Source of the DNA: an uncultured Clostridia bacterium
GTDB lineage: Bacteria > Bacillota > Clostridia > UMGS1883
Reading direction: 5' to 3'
DNA length: 64,000 bases
Assembly: GCA_934476455.1 (NCBI GenBank)
Contig: CAKSNY010000005.1
Span: 31,455-95,454, forward strand
Under the pieces are notes generated by a model. That model worked only from the letters and a program-made list of their open reading frames with translations, made no database searches and was not told the DNA's origin. Below, piece by piece: positions 25,742 to 33,591 of this stretch. Both the position numbers and the translations under genes were made by a program. Numbering within the stretch: the first letter of the stretch is position 1; the number at the start of each line of letters is the position of its first letter.

Positions 25742-26670
25742 ATTTTAATTATTTGTTCTAAATATTCATCTTTTGAAAGACTGCCCTTTACGGCTTCATC
25801 ACGTAATGCGGTAGCCTTTTTTATTTGTATATCCAATTCCTCTTTTGTAATTTTCCCCGTCCTTTTCCGTGCGTAAAGACGTTTATATGCCCTTTGGTAT
25901 TCGCCTATAATCGGGTCTTTTAAGGTTTTGTTTTTAAAGCTGTTTACCGCTCCGACTTCTTGACAGGTTTTTGATGTACCCGAAATTTTACGGTCACAGT
26001 ATTTTTTATTATAATTTCCCTTTACCGCAAACAGCCTACCGCAGTTTTCGCATTTTCTCACGAATATATTATATTGCAACATTTTCATAAATTCAAGGTA
26101 CAATAACGATGATATATCGGAAGCAATATATTCCTCACAAAGCGTTAAATCATTAGACACCGTATATACAATTTCTGCCTTGCCGTTTAATTCGTGAGAA
26201 TAATTAAGATACCTTTCCAATGGGTTAAACTTCTCATTTTCGTCCTGTTTTAACAAACAGGCATTAACCGCCGCCCTATATTCTTTTTGAAGCTTTACAA
26301 GGTCAAATATATCAAACAATTTCATATAGTCTATATCGTGAAGTGCAGAATATTCAACCTCATATGCGTATGGGTGTTCGGTGGCTTTTAAAGCGTCATA
26401 TAAAGCCATTCGGACATACTTTTCCTCATCAGACATATTGTTATCAATTTGAAGAATGATACCTTTGTAACCTTTATACCCTCTGCCTGTAGGTCGGCAT
26501 TTTCTGATATTTTCAGCTTTAAGCTGTTTAATTATTTCTACTTCTTTTTGGTATGTGCTTAAATCTAATTCCAAAAAATCAAGCAAGAGAGTGCCTATTT
26601 CAAATTCCTCGTTTGTTATAGGTAAATACATATGTTTTTTATCTATTGTAATGTATTTGCTTACATTCAT
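25738..26670 (-). CDS. Hypothetical 310-aa protein with a C-terminal Cys-rich zinc-ribbon-like motif.
   Basis: The motif is RKCENCGRLFAVKGNYNKKYCDRKISGTSKTCQEVGA. The C-terminal tail is basic. The RBS AAAGGAG lies upstream. Its 3' end overlaps the XRE gene's stop by 4 nt, in convergent orientation. Confidence 0.65.
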   Translation of the reverse strand: MNVSKYITIDKKHMYLPITNEEFEIGTLLLDFLELDLSTYQKEVEIIKQLKAENIRKCRPTGRGYKGYKGIILQIDNNMSDEEKYVRMALYDALKATEHPYAYEVEYSALHDIDYMKLFDIFDLVKLQKEYRAAVNACLLKQDENEKFNPLERYLNYSHELNGKAEIVYTVSNDLTLCEEYIASDISSLLYLEFMKMLQYNIFVRKCENCGRLFAVKGNYNKKYCDRKISGTSKTCQEVGAVNSFKNKTLKDPIIGEYQRAYKRLYARKRTGKITKEELDIQIKKATALRDEAVKGSLSKDEYLEQIIKI

Positions 26671-26712
26671 TCTATACAGCTCCTTTTATCAAATACCTAA
26701 TCTTATAATCCT

Positions 26713-26755
26713 ATTATATATTATACTTGACAAGTTGTCAATAGTGTGCTATAAT
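26713..26755. promoter_or_regulatory. Back-to-back divergent consensus promoters that share a palindromic -35 region.
   Basis: Plus strand: TTGACA (26727-26732), N17, TATAAT (26750-26755), reading toward xis-int. Minus strand: TTGACA (complement of 26736-26741), N17, TATAAT (complement of 26713-26718), reading toward the 310-aa gene. The core is the palindrome TTGACAAGTTGTCAA. Confidence 0.7.
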
Positions 26756-26812
26756 AAATATACAATATATATTTATTAATATCAATTACCTATTATAAGG
26801 AGTTGTATTATT

Positions 26813-27019
26813 ATGAAAACATTAAAAAGAAAAATCAGAACTTTGGACGAATTGCCAGCGGTTATGACTGTTGATGATGTTATGGAAATATTGAGAATAT
26901 CGAAAGCAAATGCTTACAAGATTATGGCTTCTGATAATTTTCCGACATTAAGAATAGGAAAGCGTGTTTTAGCGGAAAAAACAGCATTTACAAACTGGCT
27001 TAGAGGTTTGACTCTTTAA
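26813..27019 (+). CDS. xis: Excisionase-type (MerR-like winged-helix) DNA-binding protein.
   Basis: 68 aa. The sequence MTVDDVMEILRISKANAYKIMASDNFPTLRIGKRVLAEKTAFTNWL matches that type. It lies immediately upstream of int. Confidence 0.75.
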   Translation: MKTLKRKIRTLDELPAVMTVDDVMEILRISKANAYKIMASDNFPTLRIGKRVLAEKTAFTNWLRGLTL

Positions 27020-27068
27020 TAAAATATATATTGCAGTATTTATCGAAGAAATTAAGGAAGTGTTTATT

Positions 27069-28196
27069 GTGGCAAAAAAGAGAGCGAACGGAGAGGGAAG
27101 TATAAGGCAAAGAAAAGACGGACGTTGGGAGGGGCTTTACTCTATCAATAATAAGCGTAAAAGCGTATATGGCAAAACACAAGAGGAAGTAAGAAAAAAA
27201 TTAAATAAGGTGTTAAATGATATTGATAACGGAATATATATTGAGGATTGCCGTATAACAATGGGCGAATGGCTTCACACTTGGTTATATGATTATAAAA
27301 AGAATACAGTCAAGCAAAAGACTTTTGAGGGGTATGAAGCCCTTGTCAACAAACATCTTATTCCCGCATTTTCAAAAATACAACTAAAAAAATTATCAGT
27401 AGATAACGTACAAAGATTTATTAATCAGAAGATAAGCGAGGGGCTTTCATCAAGGACGATACGATATATAAATACTCTGCTTCATAGTGCGTTGAAACAG
27501 GCAATAAATAACGGTCTTATTGTGCGCAATGTGGCAGAAGCGGTAACGCTCCCAGAGCGCAAGCAAAAAGACAGAAAATTTTTAACGGCAGAGGAACAGG
27601 AACGCTTTATAAAATGTTTGTCAGATGAAAAATCTGGCTTTGTATTACTTTTTGCGTTATCCACAGGTTTAAGGCGCGGTGAGCTTCTGGCTCTTAGGTG
27701 GTCTAATTATGACAGTCAAAAGAAGTATATCACCGTAACGGAAAATTTAAGCCGATTAAAAGGGGCAGACGGAAAATCTCATTTAACTTTTACCACTCCT
27801 AAGACGGCTTCAAGCAAGCGAACTATACCGCTTTTGCCAGATATAGCGAACAAGTTAAATATACATAGACAACAACAGGCAGTAAATCGTCTTAAAGCAG
27901 GTCAGTTGTGGGAAGATAATGATTTGATTTTCTGTACTGATTTTGGAAAACCTCTTGAGCCGAGAAACTTATTTCGTATTCTTGACAGAGTATGCGATAA
28001 AGCTGAAATAGCGCATATAAATGTACACGCTTTACGGCACGCATTTGCTACACGTGCATTAGAAAACGGAATACCGTTAAAGGTTGTTTCGGATATGCTG
28101 GGTCATAGCAGTATAGCACTTACGGCAGATATTTATTCTCATGTGTCAGTTGAAACAATGGAAAATGAGTTGCAAAAGCTGTCAAACGCATTTTAA
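27069..28196 (+). CDS. int: Tyrosine site-specific integrase (Tn916/phage-integrase family).
   Basis: GTG 27069 lies 8 nt after TAAGGAAG (the ORF track gives 27060). The N-terminal arm-binding-type segment is RKDGRWEGLYSINNKRKSVYGKTQEEVRKKLNKV. The catalytic residue pattern is TGLRRGELLAL...HALRHAFAT...LGHSSIALTADIYSHV. Confidence 0.9.
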   Translation: MAKKRANGEGSIRQRKDGRWEGLYSINNKRKSVYGKTQEEVRKKLNKVLNDIDNGIYIEDCRITMGEWLHTWLYDYKKNTVKQKTFEGYEALVNKHLIPAFSKIQLKKLSVDNVQRFINQKISEGLSSRTIRYINTLLHSALKQAINNGLIVRNVAEAVTLPERKQKDRKFLTAEEQERFIKCLSDEKSGFVLLFALSTGLRRGELLALRWSNYDSQKKYITVTENLSRLKGADGKSHLTFTTPKTASSKRTIPLLPDIANKLNIHRQQQAVNRLKAGQLWEDNDLIFCTDFGKPLEPRNLFRILDRVCDKAEIAHINVHALRHAFATRALENGIPLKVVSDMLGHSSIALTADIYSHVSVETMENELQKLSNAF

Positions 28197-28209
28197 AGGA
28201 GAAATCAAA

Positions 28210-28488
28210 ATGAATGAATATGAAAAAATTTTAAATAATTTTTTGGCTGAAAATAAATACAAAGCTATTTTAGATTTTGCAAAACATAATAGGAAGTATA
28301 GAAAATTAAAAGACATAAACACACAAAACAGCATTATAATATCCAAAACACTGAAAAAAGATGATTTAGATAAATTTGAAAACTTTAAAGAAAATGTATA
28401 CAGTCTGTATGATATGGAAAGTGATATGCTATATATTCAAGGTTATAGGGATTGTATAAAGCTTTTAAAAATCATTGGTTTAATATAG
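28210..28488 (+). CDS. Small hypothetical protein (92 aa) downstream of int.
   Basis: ATG 28210 is preceded by AAGGAGAAA. The sequence is MNEYEKILNNFLAENKYKAILDFAKHNRKYRKLKD... and I recognise no motif in it. Confidence 0.5.
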   Translation: MNEYEKILNNFLAENKYKAILDFAKHNRKYRKLKDINTQNSIIISKTLKKDDLDKFENFKENVYSLYDMESDMLYIQGYRDCIKLLKIIGLI

Positions 28489-28535
28489 CCGCCGCCCGTT
28501 CTGATTTTATATCGGAATGGGTGATTTTTTGTCTG

Positions 28536-28558
28536 TTGTGGTCAAAATTGTGGTCAAA
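28536..28558 (+). repeat. Tandem TTGTGGTCAAA pair (12-bp period) near the tRNA-proximal end of the element. Candidate arm-type sites.
   Basis: TTGTGGTCAAAaTTGTGGTCAAA. It matches the pair at 21955-21977 in the same orientation. Confidence 0.5.
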
Positions 28559-28587
28559 GCGTTTTTAGGGGAAGAAAAAAAGGACAC

Positions 28588-28625
28588 GAAAAAACGGCTT
28601 AAACCGTATAGGTAAGCCGTTTTTT
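28588..28625. terminator. Element-encoded bidirectional terminator abutting the tRNA-Lys 3' end.
   Basis: Stem ACGGCTTA (28594-28601) pairs with TAAGCCGT (28613-28620). It is flanked by an A-run and a T-run. On the minus strand it lies directly downstream of the tRNA operon. Confidence 0.7.
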
Positions 28626-28626
28626 A

Positions 28627-28673
28627 ACTGGTGAGCCATCGGAGATTCGAACCCCGGACAACTTGATTAAAAG
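28627..28673 (-). repeat. Proximal att direct repeat, inside the functional tRNA-Lys.
   Basis: It is identical to 21795-21841. Identity ends at the 5' edge of the anticodon loop (28673). Confidence 0.9.
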
Positions 28674-28704
28674 TCAAGTGCTCTGCCGACTGAGCTAATG
28701 GCCC
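28629..28704 (-). tRNA. trnK: tRNA-Lys (anticodon UUU), CCA encoded.
   Basis: The reverse complement is GGGCCATTAGCTCAGTCGGCAGAGCACTTGACTTTTAATCAAGTTGTCCGGGGTTCGAATCTCCGATGGCTCACCA. It folds as a cloverleaf with anticodon loop CTTTTAA. Confidence 0.9.
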
Positions 28705-28709
28705 GTATA

Positions 28710-28786
28710 TGGCTGGGCTGGCAGGACTTGAACCTGCGCATACCAGAGTCAAAGTCTGGTGCCTTAACCGACTTGGCTACAGCCCA
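28710..28786 (-). tRNA. trnQ: tRNA-Gln (anticodon UUG), CCA encoded.
   Basis: The reverse complement is TGGGCTGTAGCCAAGTCGGTTAAGGCACCAGACTTTGACTCTGGTATGCGCAGGTTCAAGTCCTGCCAGCCCAGCCA. The anticodon loop is CTTTGAC. Confidence 0.88.
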
Positions 28787-28856
28787 ACATTGCTGTAACA
28801 CGGCGGCGGAAACCCGCCCCGGTCCTTCATCGCCGAGTGCAACTCAAGTTGGAAAG

Positions 28857-28934
28857 TGGGGTGGATACAGGGATTCGAACCCTGGGCCTCTAGAGCCACA
28901 ATCTAGCGCTCTAACCAACTGAGCTATACCCACC
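28857..28934 (-). tRNA. trnH: tRNA-His (anticodon GUG) with G(-1), CCA encoded.
   Basis: The reverse complement is GGTGGGTATAGCTCAGTTGGTTAGAGCGCTAGATTGTGGCTCTAGAGGCCCAGGGTTCGAATCCCTGTATCCACCCCA. The anticodon loop is TTGTGGC. Confidence 0.88.
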
Positions 28935-28937
28935 ATA

Positions 28938-29014
<77 letters not shown>

Positions 29015-29018
29015 AAAA

Positions 29019-29092
29019 TGGAGCGGGTGATGGGAATCGAACCCACCTATCCAGCTTGGAAGGCTGGTGTTCTACCAATGAACTACACCCGC
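29019..29092 (-). tRNA. trnG: tRNA-Gly (anticodon UCC), CCA encoded.
   Basis: The reverse complement is GCGGGTGTAGTTCATTGGTAGAACACCAGCCTTCCAAGCTGGATAGGTGGGTTCGATTCCCATCACCCGCTCCA. The anticodon loop is CTTCCAA. Confidence 0.88.
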
Positions 29093-29107
29093 GCTTGCGA
29101 CTTTAAA

Positions 29108-29136
29108 AGTATAGCAAATATGACAGCATTTGTCAA
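29108..29136 (-). promoter_or_regulatory. Promoter of the five-tRNA operon.
   Basis: On the minus strand: TTGACA (29136-29131), N17, TATACT (29113-29108). This places the -10 about 15 nt upstream of the tRNA-Gly 5' end. Confidence 0.65.
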
Positions 29137-29162
29137 TACATTTTTTATAAATTTTCTATCTT

Positions 29163-30167
29163 TTATGCAATATAGTCCGCAATCGGCGTGCTGCACATTG
29201 CATTGACAAGGCGTATGTTTTCGTTTATATCATCTATTGCGGCAAGCTCGCAAGGAGAATATTTATACCTTAACGGCAGTGCCAGCGTTCCGACAGGCAC
29301 ACCGCCGCCGCAAAATTGCATTGCGCCCGCATCACTTGTGCCGCCGTCCGACACTTCTATCTGATACAAAATATTGCTCTGCCTTGCGCAGTCAAGCATA
29401 AATTTTTTTGCAAAGGGGTGTATTATATACGTACCGTCCTTAATTCTTATTACCGCGCCGCCGCCAAGCTTTACGTTAAGCTCTTTTGATGACGGCGTAT
29501 CACCCGTTTGAGAGGTGCTTAAAGAAATCGCCATATCCGGGTTTATGCCGTACGGTGCGGTTTTTGCGCCGCGCAGCCCCAGCGTGTTTTGTACGGTAAA
29601 AACTGCGTATATATCGTTTTTAACTTTTAAATAAGCAATTTCCTTAAGCAGCTTTATCAAAATATAGCACCCTATGCGCCCGGAAAGTGCCTTCGCGCTT
29701 ACAGCGTTTCCAAGCACTTCAAACGGTGTGTCAAAAACAGCCATATCGCCGACGGAAACCTTTTTTTCGGCTTCCTCCTTTGAATTTGCACCTATGTCTA
29801 TATACATTTTGTCAAAATCAACCGCCGCAGCGTCCTCGCGGTTTTCGTAGGATATAACGCCCCTTGTGCCGTTTTGAAATACAATGCGCCTGTTTATGCA
29901 GTCGTGCTTTGAAACAGCTCCTACGCGGGCAAAACGCACAAATCCCATATTGTCCGTATATTTCGCCATAATACCCGTTTCGTCCATATTTGCAGTAAGC
30001 ATAAGGCGCTTTCCGCTGCCCTCTTTATGGCATATAAGGTTTCCGAGGGCGTCTGTTTTTATCTCAATCGGCATATCCTTAAGCGTATCCTTAATAAACC
30101 CGTGCACGGCTTCTTCCCTGCCGCCGGACGCGCAAAGCTGTGTAAGTGTTTTTAAAAGTTCCATCAA
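29163..30167 (-). CDS. M42-family (TET/FrvX/YsdC-like) peptidase homolog with degenerate metal-binding residues; probable pseudo-enzyme subunit.
   Basis: It aligns along its whole length with the two upstream paralogs. However, it has ANMDETG for AHMDE(V/L)G, ALSGRIG for (L/I)DDRxG, VQNTLGLRGA for QEE(V/L)G(L/M)RGA, ISLST for AVDVG/VIEGT, and RYKYSP for RY(I/M)HS. Confidence 0.8.
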   Translation of the reverse strand: MMELLKTLTQLCASGGREEAVHGFIKDTLKDMPIEIKTDALGNLICHKEGSGKRLMLTANMDETGIMAKYTDNMGFVRFARVGAVSKHDCINRRIVFQNGTRGVISYENREDAAAVDFDKMYIDIGANSKEEAEKKVSVGDMAVFDTPFEVLGNAVSAKALSGRIGCYILIKLLKEIAYLKVKNDIYAVFTVQNTLGLRGAKTAPYGINPDMAISLSTSQTGDTPSSKELNVKLGGGAVIRIKDGTYIIHPFAKKFMLDCARQSNILYQIEVSDGGTSDAGAMQFCGGGVPVGTLALPLRYKYSPCELAAIDDINENIRLVNAMCSTPIADYIA

Positions 30168-31171
30168 ATACCGCTCCTTTCGATATTTTTTAATATCTCA
30201 CGTGACAGGCGCAGCACATTTTCCGCATCACTTATCTGCATAACGCTGACAGGTGAGTGAATATATCTGCACGGCACAGCAAGCACCGCTGTTTTTACGC
30301 CTCCGCAAGAATATGCAATAGCGCCCGCGTCTGTTCCGCCCGCCGTGGTTCGCTTTATCTGAAGCGGAATGTTATACTCTTTTGAAATGCGCTTTATATA
30401 GTCAAAATACGCCTTATTTGACACCGCCGCGCCGTCAAGCGCCGTCATAACCGCACCGCGGCCCGTGGTTGTCACATATTCTTCGGGAATGCTTCCCGAA
30501 ACATCCGTGCAGGTTGTTCCCTCTATTACAAGAGCTATATCGGGCTTTATTTGGTATGCGGCGGTTTTTGCGCCGCGCAGCCCGACCTCCTCCTGAGTTG
30601 TGAAAACAAAATATATATCGCTTTCGTACTCCTCTTCCATAAGCTCAAGAAGCACCGCGCAGCCTACTCGGTCGTCAAGCGCTTTGCTTTTAACGTATCC
30701 GCTCTCCAGTTCTTTAAAAGGGCTGTCAAAAACCGCATAATCGCCGGGTGAAACGGCTTGTTCTGCCTCTTCTTTTGAAGAGGCGCCTATATCAATCGAC
30801 ATATCCGTTATTTTAAGCGGTGTGCCCATCTCCGCGCGCGATTGCAAATGAACAGCTTTTGCGCCCGTAACACCGGAGATTTTGCTCTCCCCTATATAAA
30901 CTCTCTTTCCGCTTAAAACAGCCGTTTCTATCCCGCCTACGGCGTCAAACTTCAGGTAGCCGTCATCGGTTATTTTTGTTATGATAAGCCCCACCTCGTC
31001 CATATGTGCGGCAACCATAACGCGCTTGCCCTTTCCCGCCTTATGGCATATAAGGTTTCCCATACAATCTACGCTGACCTGCGCGTGATGTATATGCTCT
31101 TTTAAAAAGGCGCGCACCTCATCCTCAAAGCCCGAAACGCCGGAAAGCTGCGTCAGTTCTTTTATAAGCAT
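30164..31171 (-). CDS. M42-family aminopeptidase (TET/FrvX/YsdC-like).
   Basis: AAHMDEVG, ALDDRVG, TQEEVGLRGA and RYIHSP are all intact. There is a 4-nt overlap with the downstream paralog. Confidence 0.85.
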   Translation of the reverse strand: MLIKELTQLSGVSGFEDEVRAFLKEHIHHAQVSVDCMGNLICHKAGKGKRVMVAAHMDEVGLIITKITDDGYLKFDAVGGIETAVLSGKRVYIGESKISGVTGAKAVHLQSRAEMGTPLKITDMSIDIGASSKEEAEQAVSPGDYAVFDSPFKELESGYVKSKALDDRVGCAVLLELMEEEYESDIYFVFTTQEEVGLRGAKTAAYQIKPDIALVIEGTTCTDVSGSIPEEYVTTTGRGAVMTALDGAAVSNKAYFDYIKRISKEYNIPLQIKRTTAGGTDAGAIAYSCGGVKTAVLAVPCRYIHSPVSVMQISDAENVLRLSREILKNIERSGI

Positions 31172-32199
31172 GGCGACGTCTCCCCTTTTATGTTTAAAAT
31201 TGCACCCGAAATAATCCGCGCCGCATTTTCAATATCCTGTATATCGCACACCTCATAGCTTGAGTGCATATACCGAAGCGGTACGGATAAAAGCGCCGTT
31301 TTTACGCCGCTGCCCGAAACCTGTATTTCCCATGCGTCTGTTCCGGTACTGCCGGCGCATACCTCTGTTTGAAAAGGTATATCCTCTTTTTTTGCAAAAG
31401 ACATTATGCTTTTTGTAAATGCCCTGTCAAGGTTTGGGCCGACGGTTATAATCGGTCCCTTGCCGCAGGCAAAGCTTTCCTCCGTTACGCCGTCCGATAT
31501 TCCGTAGCCGACATCCACGGCAATTGCATAGTTGGGTAAAATATGCCCTGCCGCAGCACGCGCGCCGCGCATACCAAGCTCCTCTTGTACGGCGGCAACC
31601 GCGTATATGTTTACGGGCAATTCATTTTTTGAAACTGTCTCCAAAACGCGTAAAACAACGCAAAGCCCGCCGCGGTCGTCAATGCACCGTGCCGCGCGCA
31701 TATTTCCCATAAGGCGCGTATATCCGGTATTTATCGTTATAACGTCGCCTATATTTACAAAAGCTTCCGCGTCGGTTTTTGCTTTAAACCCAACGTCAAC
31801 GCACATATCCCCGATTTTTATACCCTTTTCCTTATCCTTTACAAGATGCGGCGGAAGCGCGCCTATCACACCGCAAAGCCTTTTTTTGCCGTGTACGGTG
31901 ACCTCTGTTCCCGGTAAAATCTTCTGGTCAAAGCCGCCCAATGTTACAAAGCGCAGCATTCCCTCATCGGTAACAGAGCTTACAAGCATTCCAAGCTCGT
32001 CCATATGCGCCTCAATCATAACGGAGGAGGCGTTCTTTTCTTTTGCGGTGCATTTTCCTATAACGTTACCCATTTTGTCGCAGAAAACACTGTCGCAATA
32101 TTTTTCAAAAAGCGTTTTAAGTAAGCTGCGCATGCCGCCCTCGTTTCCGCTTACGCCATACTCACCGTCAAGAATTTTTAAAAATTCGTCAGCAGACAT
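31162..32199 (-). CDS. M42-family aminopeptidase (TET/FrvX/YsdC-like).
   Basis: EAHMDELG, CIDDRGG, VQEELGMRGA, AVDVG and RYMHSS are all intact. Confidence 0.85.
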   Translation of the reverse strand: MSADEFLKILDGEYGVSGNEGGMRSLLKTLFEKYCDSVFCDKMGNVIGKCTAKEKNASSVMIEAHMDELGMLVSSVTDEGMLRFVTLGGFDQKILPGTEVTVHGKKRLCGVIGALPPHLVKDKEKGIKIGDMCVDVGFKAKTDAEAFVNIGDVITINTGYTRLMGNMRAARCIDDRGGLCVVLRVLETVSKNELPVNIYAVAAVQEELGMRGARAAAGHILPNYAIAVDVGYGISDGVTEESFACGKGPIITVGPNLDRAFTKSIMSFAKKEDIPFQTEVCAGSTGTDAWEIQVSGSGVKTALLSVPLRYMHSSYEVCDIQDIENAARIISGAILNIKGETSPCL

Positions 32200-32210
32200 T
32201 TTATCACCCT

Positions 32211-33581
32211 TTAAAGACTGTTTACAATACTCTTAAACAAATTTCCGCGCTGTTCAAAATTATCAAACATATCAAAGCTTGTGCTTGCGTTTGATAAAAG
32301 CACAACATCGCCCGGCGCGGCGTGCTGCTTTGCCGTGAGAACCGCCTCTTCATAATTTGTGCAGACAACGGTTTTTATATCCTTGCCTGTTCCCGTTTTT
32401 TTCACATAATCGGAAAGCGCCTTTTGTATAAGGGGCGCGGTTTTTCCTATAAGTACGATAAATTTTGTTTTGGTTGCAAGCGCCTCTCCCAAATCGTCGT
32501 ACGGTATTCCCTTGTCTTTTCCGCCTGCGATTAAAATAACCTTGTCAAATACCTTAAGCGTGTTTATGGTACGGTTCGGGCTTGAATCGATAGAGCTGTT
32601 ATAGTAGCGCACGCCGTCTTTCTCGCGCACAAATTCTATCCTGTGTTCTACGCCGCCGAAGCTTTTTGCCACGTGTACTATCGCTTCTTTTTTTGCATAC
32701 GGATATGCTGCCGCAATTGCCGCCATATAGTTTGAAACGTTATGCGCACCCGGAATTTTTATGTCGGACGTATTCATTATTTTTTCCGAAAAGGCGTATA
32801 TTTCCCCGTTTTTTTCATAGACGGAGCAATCCTCGCTTCTGCCGAAGGTGCGAACCTCCCCGGGGGCGGTAAGCGCACATTCAAACGATTTTTCGTTTTC
32901 ACGGTTTACCACCAATACGCCGCTTTTATCCTGATGAAGGTAGATATTTTTCTTTGCGTCTATATATTCTCCGTACGACTTGTGCACGTCGAGATGGTTT
33001 GGCGAAAGGTTTGTAATAACCGCCGTATCTGCGCTTTTTTTCATCGTATGAAGCTGAAAGCTTGACAGCTCCACGACAACCATATCGTCTTTTTCTATTT
33101 TGTCTGCATCGCACAAAAGAGGTTTTCCTATATTTCCGCCGAGGTGGCAGCGGTAGCCGCTCTCCTGCAAAATCTTATATATAAGCGTTGTTGTGGTGGT
33201 TTTTCCGTCGCTGCCCGTTACACCTATAATCCTTGCCGGGCAAATTTCAAAAAATACCTCCATCTCGCTTGTTACCGTGCTTCCGTTTTCCTTTGCCTTT
33301 AAAAGCGCCGGATGGTCAAAACGCATACCGGGTGTTTTAAATATAATATCGCCGGAAAGGTCTTTCAGGTAATCCTCCCCGCAGTTAAGCACAACCCCCA
33401 TTTCCGAAAGCTCTTTTACGTTTTTTATTTTATCCTCCGTTTTTTTGTCGCACGCCGTAACGCGGGCACCGCTTTCGCACAAAAGGCGTATAAGCGGAAG
33501 ATTGCTTATCCCTATGCCGACAACGCTTATGTCTTTTCCCTTTACAAACTTTTTAAAAGCTTCAAATTTATTATTTATCAT
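32211..33581 (-). CDS. murD: UDP-N-acetylmuramoyl-L-alanine--D-glutamate ligase.
   Basis: 456 aa. It has the N-terminal Rossmann motif VVGIGISN, the Mur-ligase P-loop GVTGSDGKTTTT, and C-terminal GGKDKG and SFDMF.NFE.RG motifs. Confidence 0.9.
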   Translation of the reverse strand: MINNKFEAFKKFVKGKDISVVGIGISNLPLIRLLCESGARVTACDKKTEDKIKNVKELSEMGVVLNCGEDYLKDLSGDIIFKTPGMRFDHPALLKAKENGSTVTSEMEVFFEICPARIIGVTGSDGKTTTTTLIYKILQESGYRCHLGGNIGKPLLCDADKIEKDDMVVVELSSFQLHTMKKSADTAVITNLSPNHLDVHKSYGEYIDAKKNIYLHQDKSGVLVVNRENEKSFECALTAPGEVRTFGRSEDCSVYEKNGEIYAFSEKIMNTSDIKIPGAHNVSNYMAAIAAAYPYAKKEAIVHVAKSFGGVEHRIEFVREKDGVRYYNSSIDSSPNRTINTLKVFDKVILIAGGKDKGIPYDDLGEALATKTKFIVLIGKTAPLIQKALSDYVKKTGTGKDIKTVVCTNYEEAVLTAKQHAAPGDVVLLSNASTSFDMFDNFEQRGNLFKSIVNSL

Positions 33582-33591
33582 ATCCGCACCC

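Larger units (their letters stand above)
21795..28673. mobile_element. Integrated 6.9-kb tyrosine-recombinase (Int/Xis) element inserted in the 3' part of tRNA-Lys(UUU).
   Basis: It is bounded by perfect 47-bp direct repeats. The int-xis module adjoins the intact tRNA. The sequence is visibly AT-rich relative to the flanks. It has consensus promoters. No replication, conjugation or capsid genes are recognisable. Confidence 0.85.
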
